Assembly (NCBI GenBank): GCA_003693705.1
Contig: RBZT01000854.1
Location: forward strand, 1-42,314
Length of the DNA: 42,314 bases
Direction of reading: 5' to 3'
Source: Polymyxa betae A26-41
Lineage: Eukaryota; Protista; Endomyxa: Phytomyxea
The notes under the pieces were generated by a model, which ran no database searches, had not been told where the DNA came from, and saw only the letters and a program-made list of their open reading frames with translations. The first letter of the stretch is position 1; each line of letters opens with the position of its first letter. Made by a program: the position numbers and the translations under genes. Shown one piece after another: positions 1 through 12,029 of the stretch.

Positions 1-136
1 TTTATTGGGATTCAATATCAGGCCTCAAACCTCGTTCAGGCCCGTCAAGAGTAGTTCCGGACTTTCCGGACTCCGCGAGCGACTCACGCAGTCTCTGCCG
101 CCACTGGGACACCAGAGGCGAGAGTCGGCTCTCACA
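1..136 (+). mobile_element. Probable 3' part of an LTR, truncated by the window start
   Basis: Ends ...CTCTCACA (136), followed closely by TGG (PBS-like). Shares TCCGGACTCCGCGA (65-78) with the solo LTR at 26723-26736. Confidence 0.3.
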
Positions 137-349
137 GTGGCAATTCGGACTCCGTGGATACTTCCATAGGATCAGTCCGCAGGATCAATCCGCATCGTGG
201 ATTGACCCAGTTTCGTAATTGTCTCAGATTTGAGACAGCTATACTACACAGTCCATACTGGTAGTAATTACTGGTCTTATCGTTTATATAATCAGATAGT
301 ACGCACCATACTGCGTACGGAGGTTTAGAGAACCTCAAATCTGATACAG

Positions 350-1335
350 TTCCGGCCAAAACGCTGCAAGTCAATTCGACTCGCTGCCTTCTTTGTTCGA
401 CGTGGTTGCAATTTCATTACACCCACAAGAATGTCTTGAAGGTTCACAACCAGTTTATTATATTCAGGTATGGAGCGAGCCATCCATTGTGATGTCATCA
501 AAATTTGCTGCAATTCATTAGCCTTTTTTGGAATAGGCATATTTGTTTATGCTGCAATTCGCTGCGGATCATGTCTAACTCCCGTAGAACTAAATGTTCG
601 TCCACAATATTTAACTTCTTTTAAATAAAATTGACATTTCTCAATATTGAACTTCAAATTAAAGTTCTCAGCTAATTTCAAACTTCGACTGAGTATTTCG
701 AACCATGTTTGCTCACTATCAGCATAACCCATCAATCATCAATCCAAATGATTAGAGATTTATCTAGCATATCAGCGAATATTTCAGCCATTCGAGCCTG
801 AAATTGGGGAACCGAAATTTGAGCACCCTGAATGGATTGTGTTGGGGCAAATACAGCCCGATCTGTCATGAATGAAAATATATCTCGACACTTTTCATGT
901 AAAGGCATAATCCAAAAGCCTTTAAAAGCGTCAAGTATAAACCAAAATTTTGATCCCGAAAAAAATTGAACTATTGATTCAAGAAAAGGCATTGGCCATG
1001 CAGTAGATTCACATTGAGCGTTAACATCTCCAAGATCTACTACCATCCTGAATCCCTTCTCTTTTTTTACAACTTGAACAGGACTTGCCCTTCTGCATTA
1101 TAATTCTCGTTTATAAGTCCATATTTCAGAAGTGAGTCTGTGAATTCTTTCCATTAATCAATCTGCTCTTTAGTATATTGGCGAGCTTTGCAACGAATTG
1201 CCTTGGCAGAAGGTGGAAATTTGTTCAAAACGGAATAACAGATGCTGGTGCATCAGGCCCTAGCTTTATATGAAAAACAATTTGTCGAAGCAATAAAAGC
1301 TCCAGCAATTTATCCTCATAATTCGCATCCAATTG
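350..1335 (-). pseudogene. Ty3/Gypsy pol fragment (reverse transcriptase), frameshifted
   Basis: Motifs across frames: LGPDAPASVIP..KAIRCKARQY, VVDLGDVNAQCESTAWPMP, FILDAFKGFW, QGAQISVPQFQARM, IIWIDD, KFNIEKCQFYLKEVKYCGRTFS..GVRHDPQRI, PKKANELQQIL...WMARSIPEY. Confidence 0.9.
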
Positions 1336-1339
1336 ATGT

Positions 1340-1409
1340 CTTCGATAGGTTCGAGGATCCTGAACTTTGCCATTGCATCGATGTGTGATGCAATAACAAA
1401 ACATTTGCA
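1340..1409 (-). pseudogene. Short Cys/His fragment, possibly the N-terminus of a CACTA/EnSpm-like transposase, abutting the Gypsy RT
   Basis: MFCYCITHRCNGKVQDPRTYRRH (CxCx4C-G..T..H) resembles N-termini of fungal/protist CACTA-type transposases. No catalytic domain or termini seen. Confidence 0.25.
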
Positions 1410-2080
1410 TGCCATTACGTGTACGTTTAGGCCTGGACTTGGGAAGCGTGGAGGTTAAAATCAAAGCTATATTAACGGCGTCAAGGAAAAAGTACAGTAT
1501 GTGATCTGGGGAAGACCTTAAAACCAACTGATTATTTAGAATGACTGGATGCTTTCAGAATTCTGACAGGTTTTATTGGCAAAGATTGGATGATTTCTGA
1601 GCACATTTCTTTAGCCAATTAATCTGAGCTCGTAACTTCTGTCCAGCTGTAGTCCAGCTGTAATTTCTAAATCAAATACTAAGTTGGCAAAAAGCTCCCG
1701 GCTTGTGCGAGCTCGTGATAAACGGATTCGAGCAATTGCGAGAGGCAGTCGTTCCCAAGTGTACTTCCGCTTGTACCCGGATTGCCTTGGGCTTCTTTTT
1801 TGTGTTTATAAGAAGCTTTACTCTTGTCGTCGGTGAGTTTCTCCAATAGATCTAAATTGTGTGATCATCCAAATTGCAATGAAAGTCGTTCAAAACGTCT
1901 CTAACCAGCGCGCACGATTTCAATTGTTGCTTGAGCATTAGGAAAATGCTGATTAATAGCGTTCAATCTCTGAATCCGCAACCAAATATTTCTTGTCCAT
2001 GCTAGATTGGTACTAGTCAGTTCAAATAGGATGCAATTTCGAGATTTTTACTTGAATTTTCGGATTTGTTCCCTCATCAG

Positions 2081-2690
2081 TCATCGTAAGGCATTTCTTT
2101 CATTGGATTTGCTATTAGGCGTGTCTAATTTTAATTTTTCGACGTGCGCTGCTGTCATCGGGCCTGTTTTCGGATGGTCTCTCCACATGTACCTTGGCCA
2201 GTATGCATCACGTTCATCCAAGAGGTGCTCATTCACAGTCTTTGCTCGTTTAGCTAGAGAAGTATTAACATCATTGCAAACTTGTACGACTCTATTTCTT
2301 ACCAGCTTTAGGCACATTTGCCTGGAGATTCTCAATTTCAGTAATGAAACGTAAATCCTTGTCTAATGTTTCTTCGATTTCTCCATCAGTTGCGACAATC
2401 TGGCTAGAATCGTTTGCTAGCAGTTGGCAGACCCGTACACAACGCTGAAGTTCCAAATCTATTTCTCGGTTATAGATCCCTCGCCGATGTTGACGCCTGT
2501 CATCCTCTTCCGTCAATAACTGGACTTTGGCAGCCGGTTTGCCATTCACGAAATAGATGACGATTGACCCTGGCGCGGCTGTTTCCATTTGTAATGTGCC
2601 TATAACCACAACTTTCGCGCGCAGTTCCACCCCTATAACTTCAAAGCTTACACCATCTGGACGAAAGCAATACTTTTGACGACCCAACAA
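2081..2690 (-). pseudogene. Disrupted ORF of unknown function
   Basis: ORFs 2292-2690 and 2081-2335 read as consecutive protein-like segments. No family recognised. Confidence 0.3.
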
Positions 2691-3714
2691 TAATCAACCA
2701 TAAAATCCCTGAAAGGAAAAACTGATCTGATAGTTAAAATAAATAGTAAGTTTCCATCAATCGCGACGCCTTATGCAGAAGCTGCTCTCAGTGCAAGTAC
2801 CGTGTTTGATTTCTGATGACGTTTTTGGTTGTTACACAGCGGACTACGCAATTTTTCTCATTGAGTTGGTATCCGTTTTGCTGACGTTCTTGAAACCGGT
2901 GGTGATCAGAGTTTCGAAACTGGTTTGGCAAAAGTGAGTGCACGGCGACATCCTGTCTCTTGAAATATCGCTTGTCCCTCATCCTGCCAGATACCCAAGA
3001 TCGACATAAACGTAGATGGGCGATGAGAAGCGTGCAGCTGACTTCGATGTAAAAGGAATCCTGTCCATACGGCCCGTTTCAGGGTGCTTAATACCGGTGG
3101 ATACTTTCCAATTACATCGAAGCCAGCTGCATAGTATCCAACCGAGTGAACGGCGACAGCCTGTCTCCTGAAACAACGGATGACCCTCGGTTCGGTATAC
3201 GTGCTAATTGTGTCCCTGCCGAGCAGCAAGATGTGCATCACTTCACAAAACATGGATTGATCCTGGCGTGAAAAACTTCTAAATTCTGAATATTTCAGCA
3301 GTATGGTATTGTATAGATAACCTTGGATTTCATTTGCATAAATATATGTAATACAAGACTGTATTGTTTAAAAGTTGTCTGTATCGATTATTGGATAGAA
3401 ACCGAGGAGCAATCAATCGCTATTATATATCTGCTAAAGTCTACAAAAAACCACTGCATAAACATGCAAATCAGAACCCTGCTGGACCGCGTATTACTGC
3501 CTAATTCAGCTTTTATCTAAGAAAAAATGTGCAGAACTCCGCAGACGGAAATCTGCAATTACATGCCTTCAGTCTACGTATTCCTGCAAACATACCCGTA
3601 AAACATTGCGTGGCCAAACCTGCATATTTTGTGGAGGAATTTGCAGCCTGGATGCATGTAAAAGCAGCCTACGGCGTTCCGGTGATTAGATCTCCATTGA
3701 TTATGCATTAATTT

Positions 3715-4206
3715 CGTCGAGTAGGCTGGCTACATTCCACATGGGTTACAGGTGTTTTATGTTCTGGCTTTGACGGCTGTTTGATATGGGGAAGGCACAG
3801 CTTTCCTGGTTCGTAGAACGACGCTGAGATGAGCAGAGGATTACAGGAAAAGCTTCTGGATCCAGTCAAGACTTTGCAAGAAGGCTGTATTGCCACAGAC
3901 TCTGCATTTCCTGTTTCAAAAGATTTTTAAGGAAAAATTATCACTCCAATGAAAGATGGCGACCTAGAACGGGCGTCTCCTCAATGCCGCCTGGCCATGA
4001 TCGCGCTCAGCAACGCTATTACAGCAATCCGGCAGGCAGGTGAATGGGGAATGGGATCGGTTCCCAAAGTTTATAGGCAGCTGAACCAGCCCCTCCCCTA
4101 CTCTCCTGCAGCTAGAGAGCTGCAGTTGGCGAATATTTTTCGTCTCTACAATTTTCGAGTACGAAGGACTGGCATTAGCCAGATTAGATCCGTTCATTCC
4201 ATGTAA
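3715..4206 (+). pseudogene. PIF/Harbinger (DDE_Tnp_4) transposase, C-terminal half (element A)
   Basis: GVLCSGFDGCLIWGRHSFPGS*ND, IATDSAFPVS, IITPMKDGDL, SNAITAIRQAGEWGMGSVPKVYRQL, IFRLYNFRVRRTGISQI. In-frame stops present. Confidence 0.85.
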
Positions 4207-4224
4207 ACAATTAACTGTTCAAAT

Positions 4225-4813
4225 TCATTGTTTTTCGACAGAGACTCCGAAGACTTTGGCCATCATCCTCATCATCATCTGTTGATTATTCGCGTCGCGG
4301 GTTGCCATCCTCTCTTCACGTTCTTCTCGAAGCTTCCGTCCTTCTGCTCGCGCTTCTTGTCGAATGGCTTCAGCGCATGCCATAGCTTCGTCGCGCTCTC
4401 GACGATACTCCAAACTTCTCGCCGCCTGACGCTCGTCTAGCATAATCATCATCTCCATCATATTGGATCCGTCATCAGACGATGTCATTTTTTCAATTGC
4501 CAAGTCGAGCTTTGATCGCCGGCTAGCAGTATGGCTCATGGTCACCGGTGAGGGCGTCTTCAAGTCTCCCATAGCTTTGACAGGGCGGTATTAGGCAACC
4601 CGCAGCGTGGAGAAGCAGCCCGAGGGGGGCTGAGTGCTGCTTTGGGGCGGGAAGGTTTTGCTGATGGGGCGGCAGATCCTTTTTTTGGCACAGCCATAAC
4701 AGCTGGCGGAGGCAAATGGGTGATTTGTGGTAACTGCTCTAGATCCGTCGAATCCTTGGTGAGATCAATGCCCAAATCGGATAATCTGAGTCGTGGTGAA
4801 TGACCGCAATGCC
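4225..4813 (-). pseudogene. Harbinger element A accessory gene, C-terminal part
   Basis: Convergent with the transposase. Charged coiled-coil with an MMMRMM tail typical of these accessory proteins. Cut at the TTA TSD (4814-4816); the N-terminal part lies beyond 8344. Confidence 0.65.
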
Positions 4814-4900
4814 TTAGAGCATGTTAACCGGGCGCAGTTATCGTTATCGTTATCGGTATATTTGAGGATAACGATAACGAAATTGCGCACCGCGACATTA

Positions 4901-5044
4901 GGGGGTATCAAAGTTGGCTTCTCGCAAAAAATTAAAGCGCTCTAATTTTTTTAAAGCACCTGCCAATGTGCTTTAAAAATCTGCTTTAATGGCTTGCTTT
5001 AATTGGTCTTTTCAAGCCTCGGAATGCGCAAGTTTGATACCCCC
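4901..5044. mobile_element. 144-bp MITE inside element B
   Basis: TIRs GGGGGTATCAAA(G/C)TTG, flanked by TA on both sides (4899-4900, 5045-5046). AT-rich non-coding interior. Confidence 0.8.
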
Positions 5045-5149
5045 TATTGTTTTGTTTTAATAGAGGCAATTACATTTAACGAATCGTAATATCGCGCATT
5101 AAATCTGAGGTTCTGTCTGACGATTTCGTTTATCACGGTAGGAGAGGCT

Positions 5150-6007
5150 AGAATCCAATCCCAGGAAAGGCAGAAGGGGCCGGGCAAGGTTTCTGAAACA
5201 AAAGACTTTCAGCCTGTGGGAGATAGCAATATCGCCAAAGCTTAGAAATAGGTCACTCTTGATGCTGCTGTAGGCACTGTCAAGATAGCAATGCTTATTA
5301 CAATCGAATTAGCGAAAGATTCTCAGCGTTGATGGGCGAAGCAAATCTGCAAGATCGTACCGCCGATGCGATAAAGAACCGATGGCTGAATTCAATTCAG
5401 AAGGCTTTACTGAAATTTACTGCTTGTGTGAACAAAACTGTCTCAGAGAATCATTCTGGATGGCAGATAGAGAATTACGTTAGTCTGGCGAAGCAGAAGT
5501 TTCAAGGTGAAACGGGAAAGCCCTTTATCCAGAGCTCTGCTGGCTGGAAGTCAAAAATCTGCCAAAATTCTGTATATCTACCGATTGGACGAGTCTGAAC
5601 AGGATGAAGACGATAGCTGCAATGAAAACGTGCCAGCAGAAGTTAAGCTTCCAGGATCGGTGTCGTCCAAACGCTCTTTGAAAATGACCCCTAGACCAGC
5701 ACTAGGTAAGAAAGCTGCGAAGAAGTTGAAATATGAAACTTCTGGGACGGCCAGTGCTGAGAAAGCCGCTTATTATAAGCGAATGGCCGTCAACGCAGAC
5801 GAGCGTACTGCTTTCCAAAATGAACGCTTCACTTCGTCGCTGTTTGCTTTGAATCTAGAATCTGAAGAAGACCGACGGTACCTCAAAATCAAACAGGAAG
5901 AGGCTCTGATTGATGCCGAACTAAACTTAGCTCGTAAGAAGCGGGCGTTGGCTGAGCTCCAGGCAGCAGGCGCAGGCAGCCATGATGAGGACGAAGATGA
6001 TGCTTGA
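5150..6007 (+). pseudogene. Harbinger B accessory protein (Myb/SANT-like plus NAM-associated region)
   Basis: VTLDAAVGT..QDSNAYYNRI, RTADAIKNRWLNSIQKALLKF, SG..IENYVSLAKQKFQGETGKPF, PRPALGKKAAKK. Stops and a frameshift present. Confidence 0.8.
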
Positions 6008-6036
6008 TTTATTATCATTAAATAATAAATCATGCT

Positions 6037-6863
6037 TAGGGTTCCGATCGGTGCCGTTCGGGTCGGGTACCGCCCTTCTACCGAAGCACATAATAGCTGA
6101 AAGTCTCAGAAAATCCCAAGATTCCTTATAGCAATTCATCTGCCGTTTCAACGATTTAAACGCATTCTTCAATCATCAAGGCACGTAAAGTGTCACGGTT
6201 GAGTCGATGACTGTGAAGATCAATAAAAATCACAATCACGACCGCGTTCATAAACAGCTCCACTGAGACCGATGAACCTGGGATAGAGAGAATAGATTTC
6301 CCAACTTCACTAAAACCCGATTGGATCGACCTAGGTGCCGTTGCAATGAAGGATGAGATACTTATCAACTTCGTCCATGATCTCACCGTTTAAGAAGAAA
6401 AGGTGTTGGTCCCATCTGTGTTTGTTTTGCTTATCTGATTATAAAACTGTCCCCTTGGGTTTATCGGCTGTTGAGCAATTCCCATTCGATCCGATCAACC
6501 TCGGTTCCAATTGCTGAATCAGGTGGTAATACTTTTGACCAAAGGCTACTGCCGGAGCTTTCACTCCGCAAAATGGGCTCGTAATGAGGTAATCGCTCTC
6601 GACAGGATCGAAAACTCCAATCCCCAGATTAGCGCGAAGGAAAGGTGCATTTACGGGGCACACTAGCATCAGCCCTTCGCTTACAAGTATGAAACATGAT
6701 TACAAGAAGGGTTTCAAAGTCGGCCACGCAGATTTCCAGCACTCACTATTCCTAGGCCGGTAGTGTCGGTAGTCGGGTCGGGTACCACCCATCTACCCGT
6801 ATCCGACCGGGAAACTACCGGAGCGCCGGTAGTCGGGTAGTACCGGTATCGATCGGAACCCTA
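6037..6863 (-). mobile_element. Non-autonomous (Ds-like) hAT deletion derivative nested in element B
   Basis: TIR TAGGGTTCCGATCG (18/20 over the first 20 nt). Perfect 8-bp TSD ATCATGCT (6029-6036, 6864-6871). CGGTAG/CGGGTA subterminal repeats. Retains the hATC remnant ILSIPGSSVSVELF...RLNRDTLRALMI (~6160-6300). Confidence 0.9.
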
Positions 6864-6874
6864 ATCATGCTTCT

Positions 6875-8206
6875 TCATTGCCAGCATGGTTCCATAAGTG
6901 CTCCCGAAGCTTCCGATGCATTGCAGCATCTTGTGTTCGGGTACATTTCGATCCCTGCTTCACTTTCAGTGAACACGAATCCTGACCTCCTAGCAGAAAG
7001 AGTAAATGGATGTTTCAGAGCATACCTACTGTGATTGATGTAATTGGAATCCAAAGCGTTCTGCTTCTCATAGTCCAGAATCATATTGTGAAGAATAACA
7101 CATGTCTTCTTGACTGAATACATGGCATCACGACACCACAGCATACATGGAGTCGTCAAAATATGGAATCGCGCTTGCAGCATTCCGAATGCTCTCTCGA
7201 TATCCTTCCGCTTGCCCTCCTGCATAGATGAAAATTTCTTCTCCTTTAGGGTTTTCGGATTGCTGATTGTTTTGACGAAGCAGTGATGGTTAGGATAAAT
7301 CCCATCGGCTAGACAGTATGGGATGGTGTATGTAGTCCCGTTTACCTGATTAGCAGTCATTGATTGAACAATCATAGGAAACAGGAAACCTTGTAGTTAA
7401 CAATCGGCGATCGGCCATTAATAGCATCGTGCAGAGGAGTTGACCGATCCAGGACGTTACTGTCGTTCAGCGAGCCTGGCATTCCAAAAAAAAGTGCCAA
7501 AACCGGCAAGAACGGTCAGCGACCGCCTCAAATACCACTGTTGACGTCCCGTCTTTGCCTGTGAACATTCCCGCCCAAGCAGAAGGGCCGTTTTCCAGGT
7601 CCAATGCATGCAGTCAATGGAACCAATGCATCCAGACCATCCTTGTCCATAGCTCTGATCTAGTAGTTTGTTTAGGTCTTGGAAAGTTGGTTTACGAAGA
7701 GCATGATCGCCATAGATTACCTCGATTGCAGCACAGAAGCGCATCATGGATTGTCGGGTCGTGACTTTGGACATTCGAAATTTGTCATCTTGCTGTTCTG
7801 CCGAAACCCCAGAAGCAAATATACGAACGACATTGCTAATCTTTTGTCGTGCACTGAGGCCTAATTGTTTACAGGCGTCCCGTTTCGGGATAAAATAATT
7901 GTCGTACTCATGCACTTTTTCAACGATCGTGTCACACAGGCCAATCGGAAGGCGAAACCGAGCTTTAAAATCTTCGGCATCATAAACTGGATTAGGACCC
8001 CAGTAATCCTCATGAAGAAGCAGATCGTAAAGGACTCCCCGACGATCTTTATTTGGAGATCGGCGTTTTCGGGTATTGCTGGCCTCTTCCTCGCTGGACG
8101 AATCATCCATAAGTTCCTGCATGATCATCTCGAGATCGCTACAATCCTCGCTGTCAGAATCATCTTGATTAGGACGAGATTGCTCCCAGAATGCATTTAG
8201 ATCCAT
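6875..8206 (-). pseudogene. PIF/Harbinger (plant-transposon-type) transposase of element B, frameshifted
   Basis: YDAEDFKARFRL, KRDACKQLGLSARQK, GWSGCIGSIDCMHWTWK, YCLADGIYP, QEGKRKDIERAFGMLQARFHIL, CVILHNMI. Confidence 0.93.
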
Positions 8207-8344
8207 TCTATCGCTCGATCGCCAGATTTAACGATTCGTCGATTTTTGAATACCGGTGCGAAACCCGCGCGAAATCGTTAAGCGTAGTCATTGATTTATT
8301 AAAACTATCGATAACGATACTTGCGCCCGGTAAACATGCTCTTA

Positions 8345-8760
8345 CAAACCCAGATTACTGTTGGTTAGTGGTTGGGCTGTTTTCGTGGTAGGGAGGGGAG
8401 CATTTAGCGCTTGGCGCCAGAATATTGTTTTGAGAGTCGTCATCGAGATCGGCAACAGAGCACTCCCGATCGATGTCTCTGAACAATTGTTTCGCCCTAT
8501 TGATCTCAGGCGGACAGAACACGACGCCTGGATATCAGTGAATTGATTATACAGACAAATGGATGCTAAAAACTTTACCTGTCGGTTTTCTTATGTTTTT
8601 TAAGCTTGCAGCTTGCGATTGATTGTATCCCTTCACGAGGGGTCCACCCAGCAGGCAAGTTCCGATTGTACTCATGCGCTAAATTTGCCCATTTATTAGC
8701 ACCGAAAGGGAGCATCGCTTCGGCCAGAGTAAACGCCCCTGAACTCGGTGAGTATCAATC
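8345..8760 (-). pseudogene. Harbinger element A accessory gene, N-terminal part (DUF6818-like)
   Basis: LPFGANKWANLAHEYNRNLPAGWTPR ... CPPEINRAKQLFRDID matches the LP.G..W....YN / CP..V.RAK pattern. Same strand as 4225-4813, across the TTA TSD. Confidence 0.6.
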
Positions 8761-9117
8761 AACACTCCTGGAATGACGACACACACGATCAAGCTGTTCA
8801 GAGGACCAACCGGGTCCCCGTCCTGCCTTTGACTGCGACATTTGTTAACGGGGAGTCGATTTAGCAAGCAGCTCCAGCGCGAGGACGTTCAGACAGACAG
8901 AAAACCCTAGCCTAACACTGTAAATGCCGCAAGAAAGTCCGAGCGTGGCCTCCAAAATGCGACGCGCAGCCCGCCGCATTTTATTGAATTTGTCGAGACC
9001 TGTATTTAGTCTCAACAAATATATGTAATGTTTGTTTGCGAGAGGCTGCGCGACCGTTTTGCAGCGCTTTTGGGCATCGCGCATTTTTCCAAATACGCGA
9101 TTTCTGGAGGTCTTCCA

Positions 9118-11651
9118 TAGGGGTGTCAGATTCGACAATATAGTCGACTACAGTCGACTACAGTCGTCTCAGTCAGCTGAGTTTCAGTCGACAGTGCCCA
9201 GTCGACTTCTAGTCAGCATATCTTCTAGTTGACTCAAGTCGACTAAAGTCGACTAAAAATGAGTAAGCAAAAGTTCATTTTATTTAAAATCTACTTCAAA
9301 AAACTGAGAAATGACTTCATTTCGCAAATTGCTTGCACAGCATCGTCGCCCAACCGTGCACGTGTTTTGCTGACAACCGTTCCAGCGCGTGCAAAAAACC
9401 ACCTCACTCGGAACTGAAGTGGCTGTTACTCCTAGATATTCCCTTGCCATAAACGCCACCCTGGGAAATAAGGCCGAATTGAGCTTAAACCACATTAAAA
9501 CATCGTGGGAGCTTTGATCCAATTTCATTCGGGCATAAGAGAACCAACGTTCTAGTTCGTTTTGCAATGGTTCAGGCGACTGAGCATCACCACTGCTTCC
9601 TTCATCTTCGTCGAATATATCCATAAAACTATCCATTAAGGTGCAGGCATATTCCCACTTTGGGCCTCGGCAGTCTCAGCAGCTTGCTTTCTTGCGGAAT
9701 AACACTCGTATTGAGCTGTGTAAAAGGCATCATATTCGCGTAAGACCAGAAATATAACAGTTGATTGGGACAGGCCCATTTTGTTGAGATATCCTTTGAT
9801 GCGCGGATCTAGCACTGCTGCGATCTGAACATGGCTCTGGTTGATCTTATCATAGTAATTCTCCATTTTTTATCCTGAATGGCTTTCGCCAATTTGATGG
9901 TCAATGTAGATTTAAAGCCATGCGCAGCTTGAATTGACTTTTTGACTTGCTGGAGAATGGTAAAGAATACAGGAAGTGACATTCCCGAAGTCGGATAATG
10001 TGATGCAGACAGGAGAACAGTGGCGTCTTTGAATGGTTGAAGAAAATTGCAAAAAAAGTCTTGAACAGCATACCAGCTTTCAGCAGGAATTTCAGAAGCC
10101 AGAGTATCAGTAGGTGCAATGGTAAATTAACAGTAACCTACATGGCGCTCTCCAATTCTTCTAAGATGCTCTTCAATTGATGTTCGTAGCAGGACAAAGG
10201 AATTCAGCATAGACCATGTACTGTTCCATCGAGTTTCGACGTCCAACTCGAGGATTCGCCAAGTTATATTGAGAGAGGTACATAACGCCTTCAAAGCCTC
10301 CAACAGCTTTGGTGAGTCGGAAATTTTTTTGATGGTATACCGAAAATGACCGAGAGCAACATCAAGATTTCGACTGCACAACATTCCATGTTTGATGCCA
10401 AGCTGCAAAGTAGGGGCCATACAGGACAGAAGAAAAGCTGTATTCGCAACCCCCGATCCACCACCCATTGTGTACATCGTAGTTTGATGGTGATCTGCTG
10501 ATGCCTCGTCAGGGATTGCGAAGATATTTGCTTCATCAATGAGGTCTTGTAGTCGGCTGTTAATCCGCTGACACATTGTCTCGTTGTTGGAGGCGTTATC
10601 TGTAATCAGAGCCCAAACCGAGCTCAGTAGTCTGGAATCCATGTCCACAACTGCAGCTAGCAGATGGTCACCGAGTCTTTCACCAGTGTGGGGATACAGA
10701 ACCCTGACGAATCCGATTGAAACAGATTTCATTTCCCATGCATGATCGACATGGTGGGCGGTGACTACCATGTACCCTCGTTTAGCTGCTGATGTCCACA
10801 TATCCGTTGTTAGTCCCAATCTACGACCAGCAAGATCCTTTAGTAATTGTGCTCTCACGGACGACTTCAAATCAGCCCATCTCTTCATGACGCGATCTCG
10901 TACAGCGCTGCGTTTAGGTAGCACATATTCTTCTCTCAGGGCCTCACAGAATTCGATGAAATCACTCTGCTCTACTACGTTAAATGGTTGGGAATGGTTT
11001 ACAATCCAGTCGCAAAGCTTTCTGTCTGCATACTCTTTTTCGGCAGAAGACATGCTCGAGGAATTGAATTTACGTTTCAGAGGATTTGTAGACTTAGAAA
11101 AGTGCTTCATGCTTGCTTGATTGTTTTGCGCAGGTTGAAATATCTCGGAATGCTTTTGGCGCAGGTACAGGCCGAAATTCCCTGTATTCTTGATCTTCCA
11201 TTTTTGATCCAGCTTGTTTTGCTTGCAAATGGTGCAGAGCCATGGCTTGTCACTGTCTAATGGATCTTTGTGGATGAGAAGACATCGGATTGTCTGGAGC
11301 TTTTTCGAGATGGGGTTTGCGAGGGCGAAGACACCCTGGCAGTGTTATCGTCGTTTTCATCTTCGGTAATGCAGCTCAGATCGACCGGCTCGCTACAAGT
11401 GTCTGACGGCGCCGCAGACGATGACGACATGGCTTGACAAGAGCAGCTCGTCGGTCGACCAAAGACGGGACTGTGGACTGTCTCATTTTGCCAATTCCAA
11501 GCTTCCAAGGCCGCAATCCCGTGACGGATATTCTGTACGTAAAATTCCTCTCAGTCGACTTGTAGTGACTAATCATTTGCTTTAGTCGACTTGTAGTCAC
11601 TAGACATCTCTCTCGTCGACTTGAGCCAACTTAATCGACAAATCACCTTTA
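9118..11651 (-). mobile_element. hAT element, near full-length and decayed
   Basis: Ends TAGGGGTG.. / ..CACCTTTA. Imperfect 8-bp TSD GTCTTCCA (9110-9117) / GTCTTGAA (11652-11659). Dense GTCGAC subterminal repeats at both ends. Confidence 0.8.
9280..11430 (-). pseudogene. hAT (Ac-like) transposase with BED finger and hATC domain, frameshifted
   Basis: WLCTICKQ..NTGNFGLYLRQKH (BED), QPFNVVEQSDF, LTTDMWTS, YMVVTAH, HTGERL, ITDNASNN, DVETRWNSTWSML, AAVLDPRIK, FPRVAFMAREYLGVTATSVPSE. Confidence 0.93.
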
Positions 11652-11862
11652 GTCTTGAAGAGTCGGCAGGCAATGCAGACACGCCTTGCACAGTGCTTGA
11701 ACATCTCCACGGAGATTTTCCACCAAAAAATGTCCGTTATTCTTTCAGTGTAGCATGATACCCAAATGCCCACAATTTCCTCCATTGTGTGCTATCACGC
11801 ATAACCTCATCTGAAGATCTTTCGCTTCAGCTGGAAAAATTATTTTTTTTCATTCTTATTAA

Positions 11863-11868
11863 NNNNNN
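11863..11868. other. Assembly gap (N6)
   Basis: Six N bases. Continuity across this point is unproven. Confidence 0.99.
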
Positions 11869-12029
11869 CTCTGAACTTGTTGAATTTCCTCATGACCAAG
11901 GTCAGACAAAATCTGGTTACAGAGATAGCAATGAAGATCAATATGTCATCATGGCTCTGACCTCGGTCTATTTACTGATGAAGAATCGGAGATATGATGA
12001 TGAGCTTATGCTGATGACGGATCCGAGTT

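Larger units (their letters stand above)
4817..8341 (-). mobile_element. PIF/Harbinger element B, both termini present, nested in element A's accessory gene
   Basis: TIRs GAGCATGTTAACCGGGCGCAG / GAGCATGTTTACCGGGCGCAA (rc). TTA TSD at 4814-4816 and 8342-8344. GTTATC subterminal repeats. Carries a transposase and a Myb/NAM-associated gene. Confidence 0.92.

Noticed and set aside
2906-3253. EVMHILLLG as a CACTA/Plavaka transposase motif
   Set aside because: Single short match with no supporting downstream motifs.
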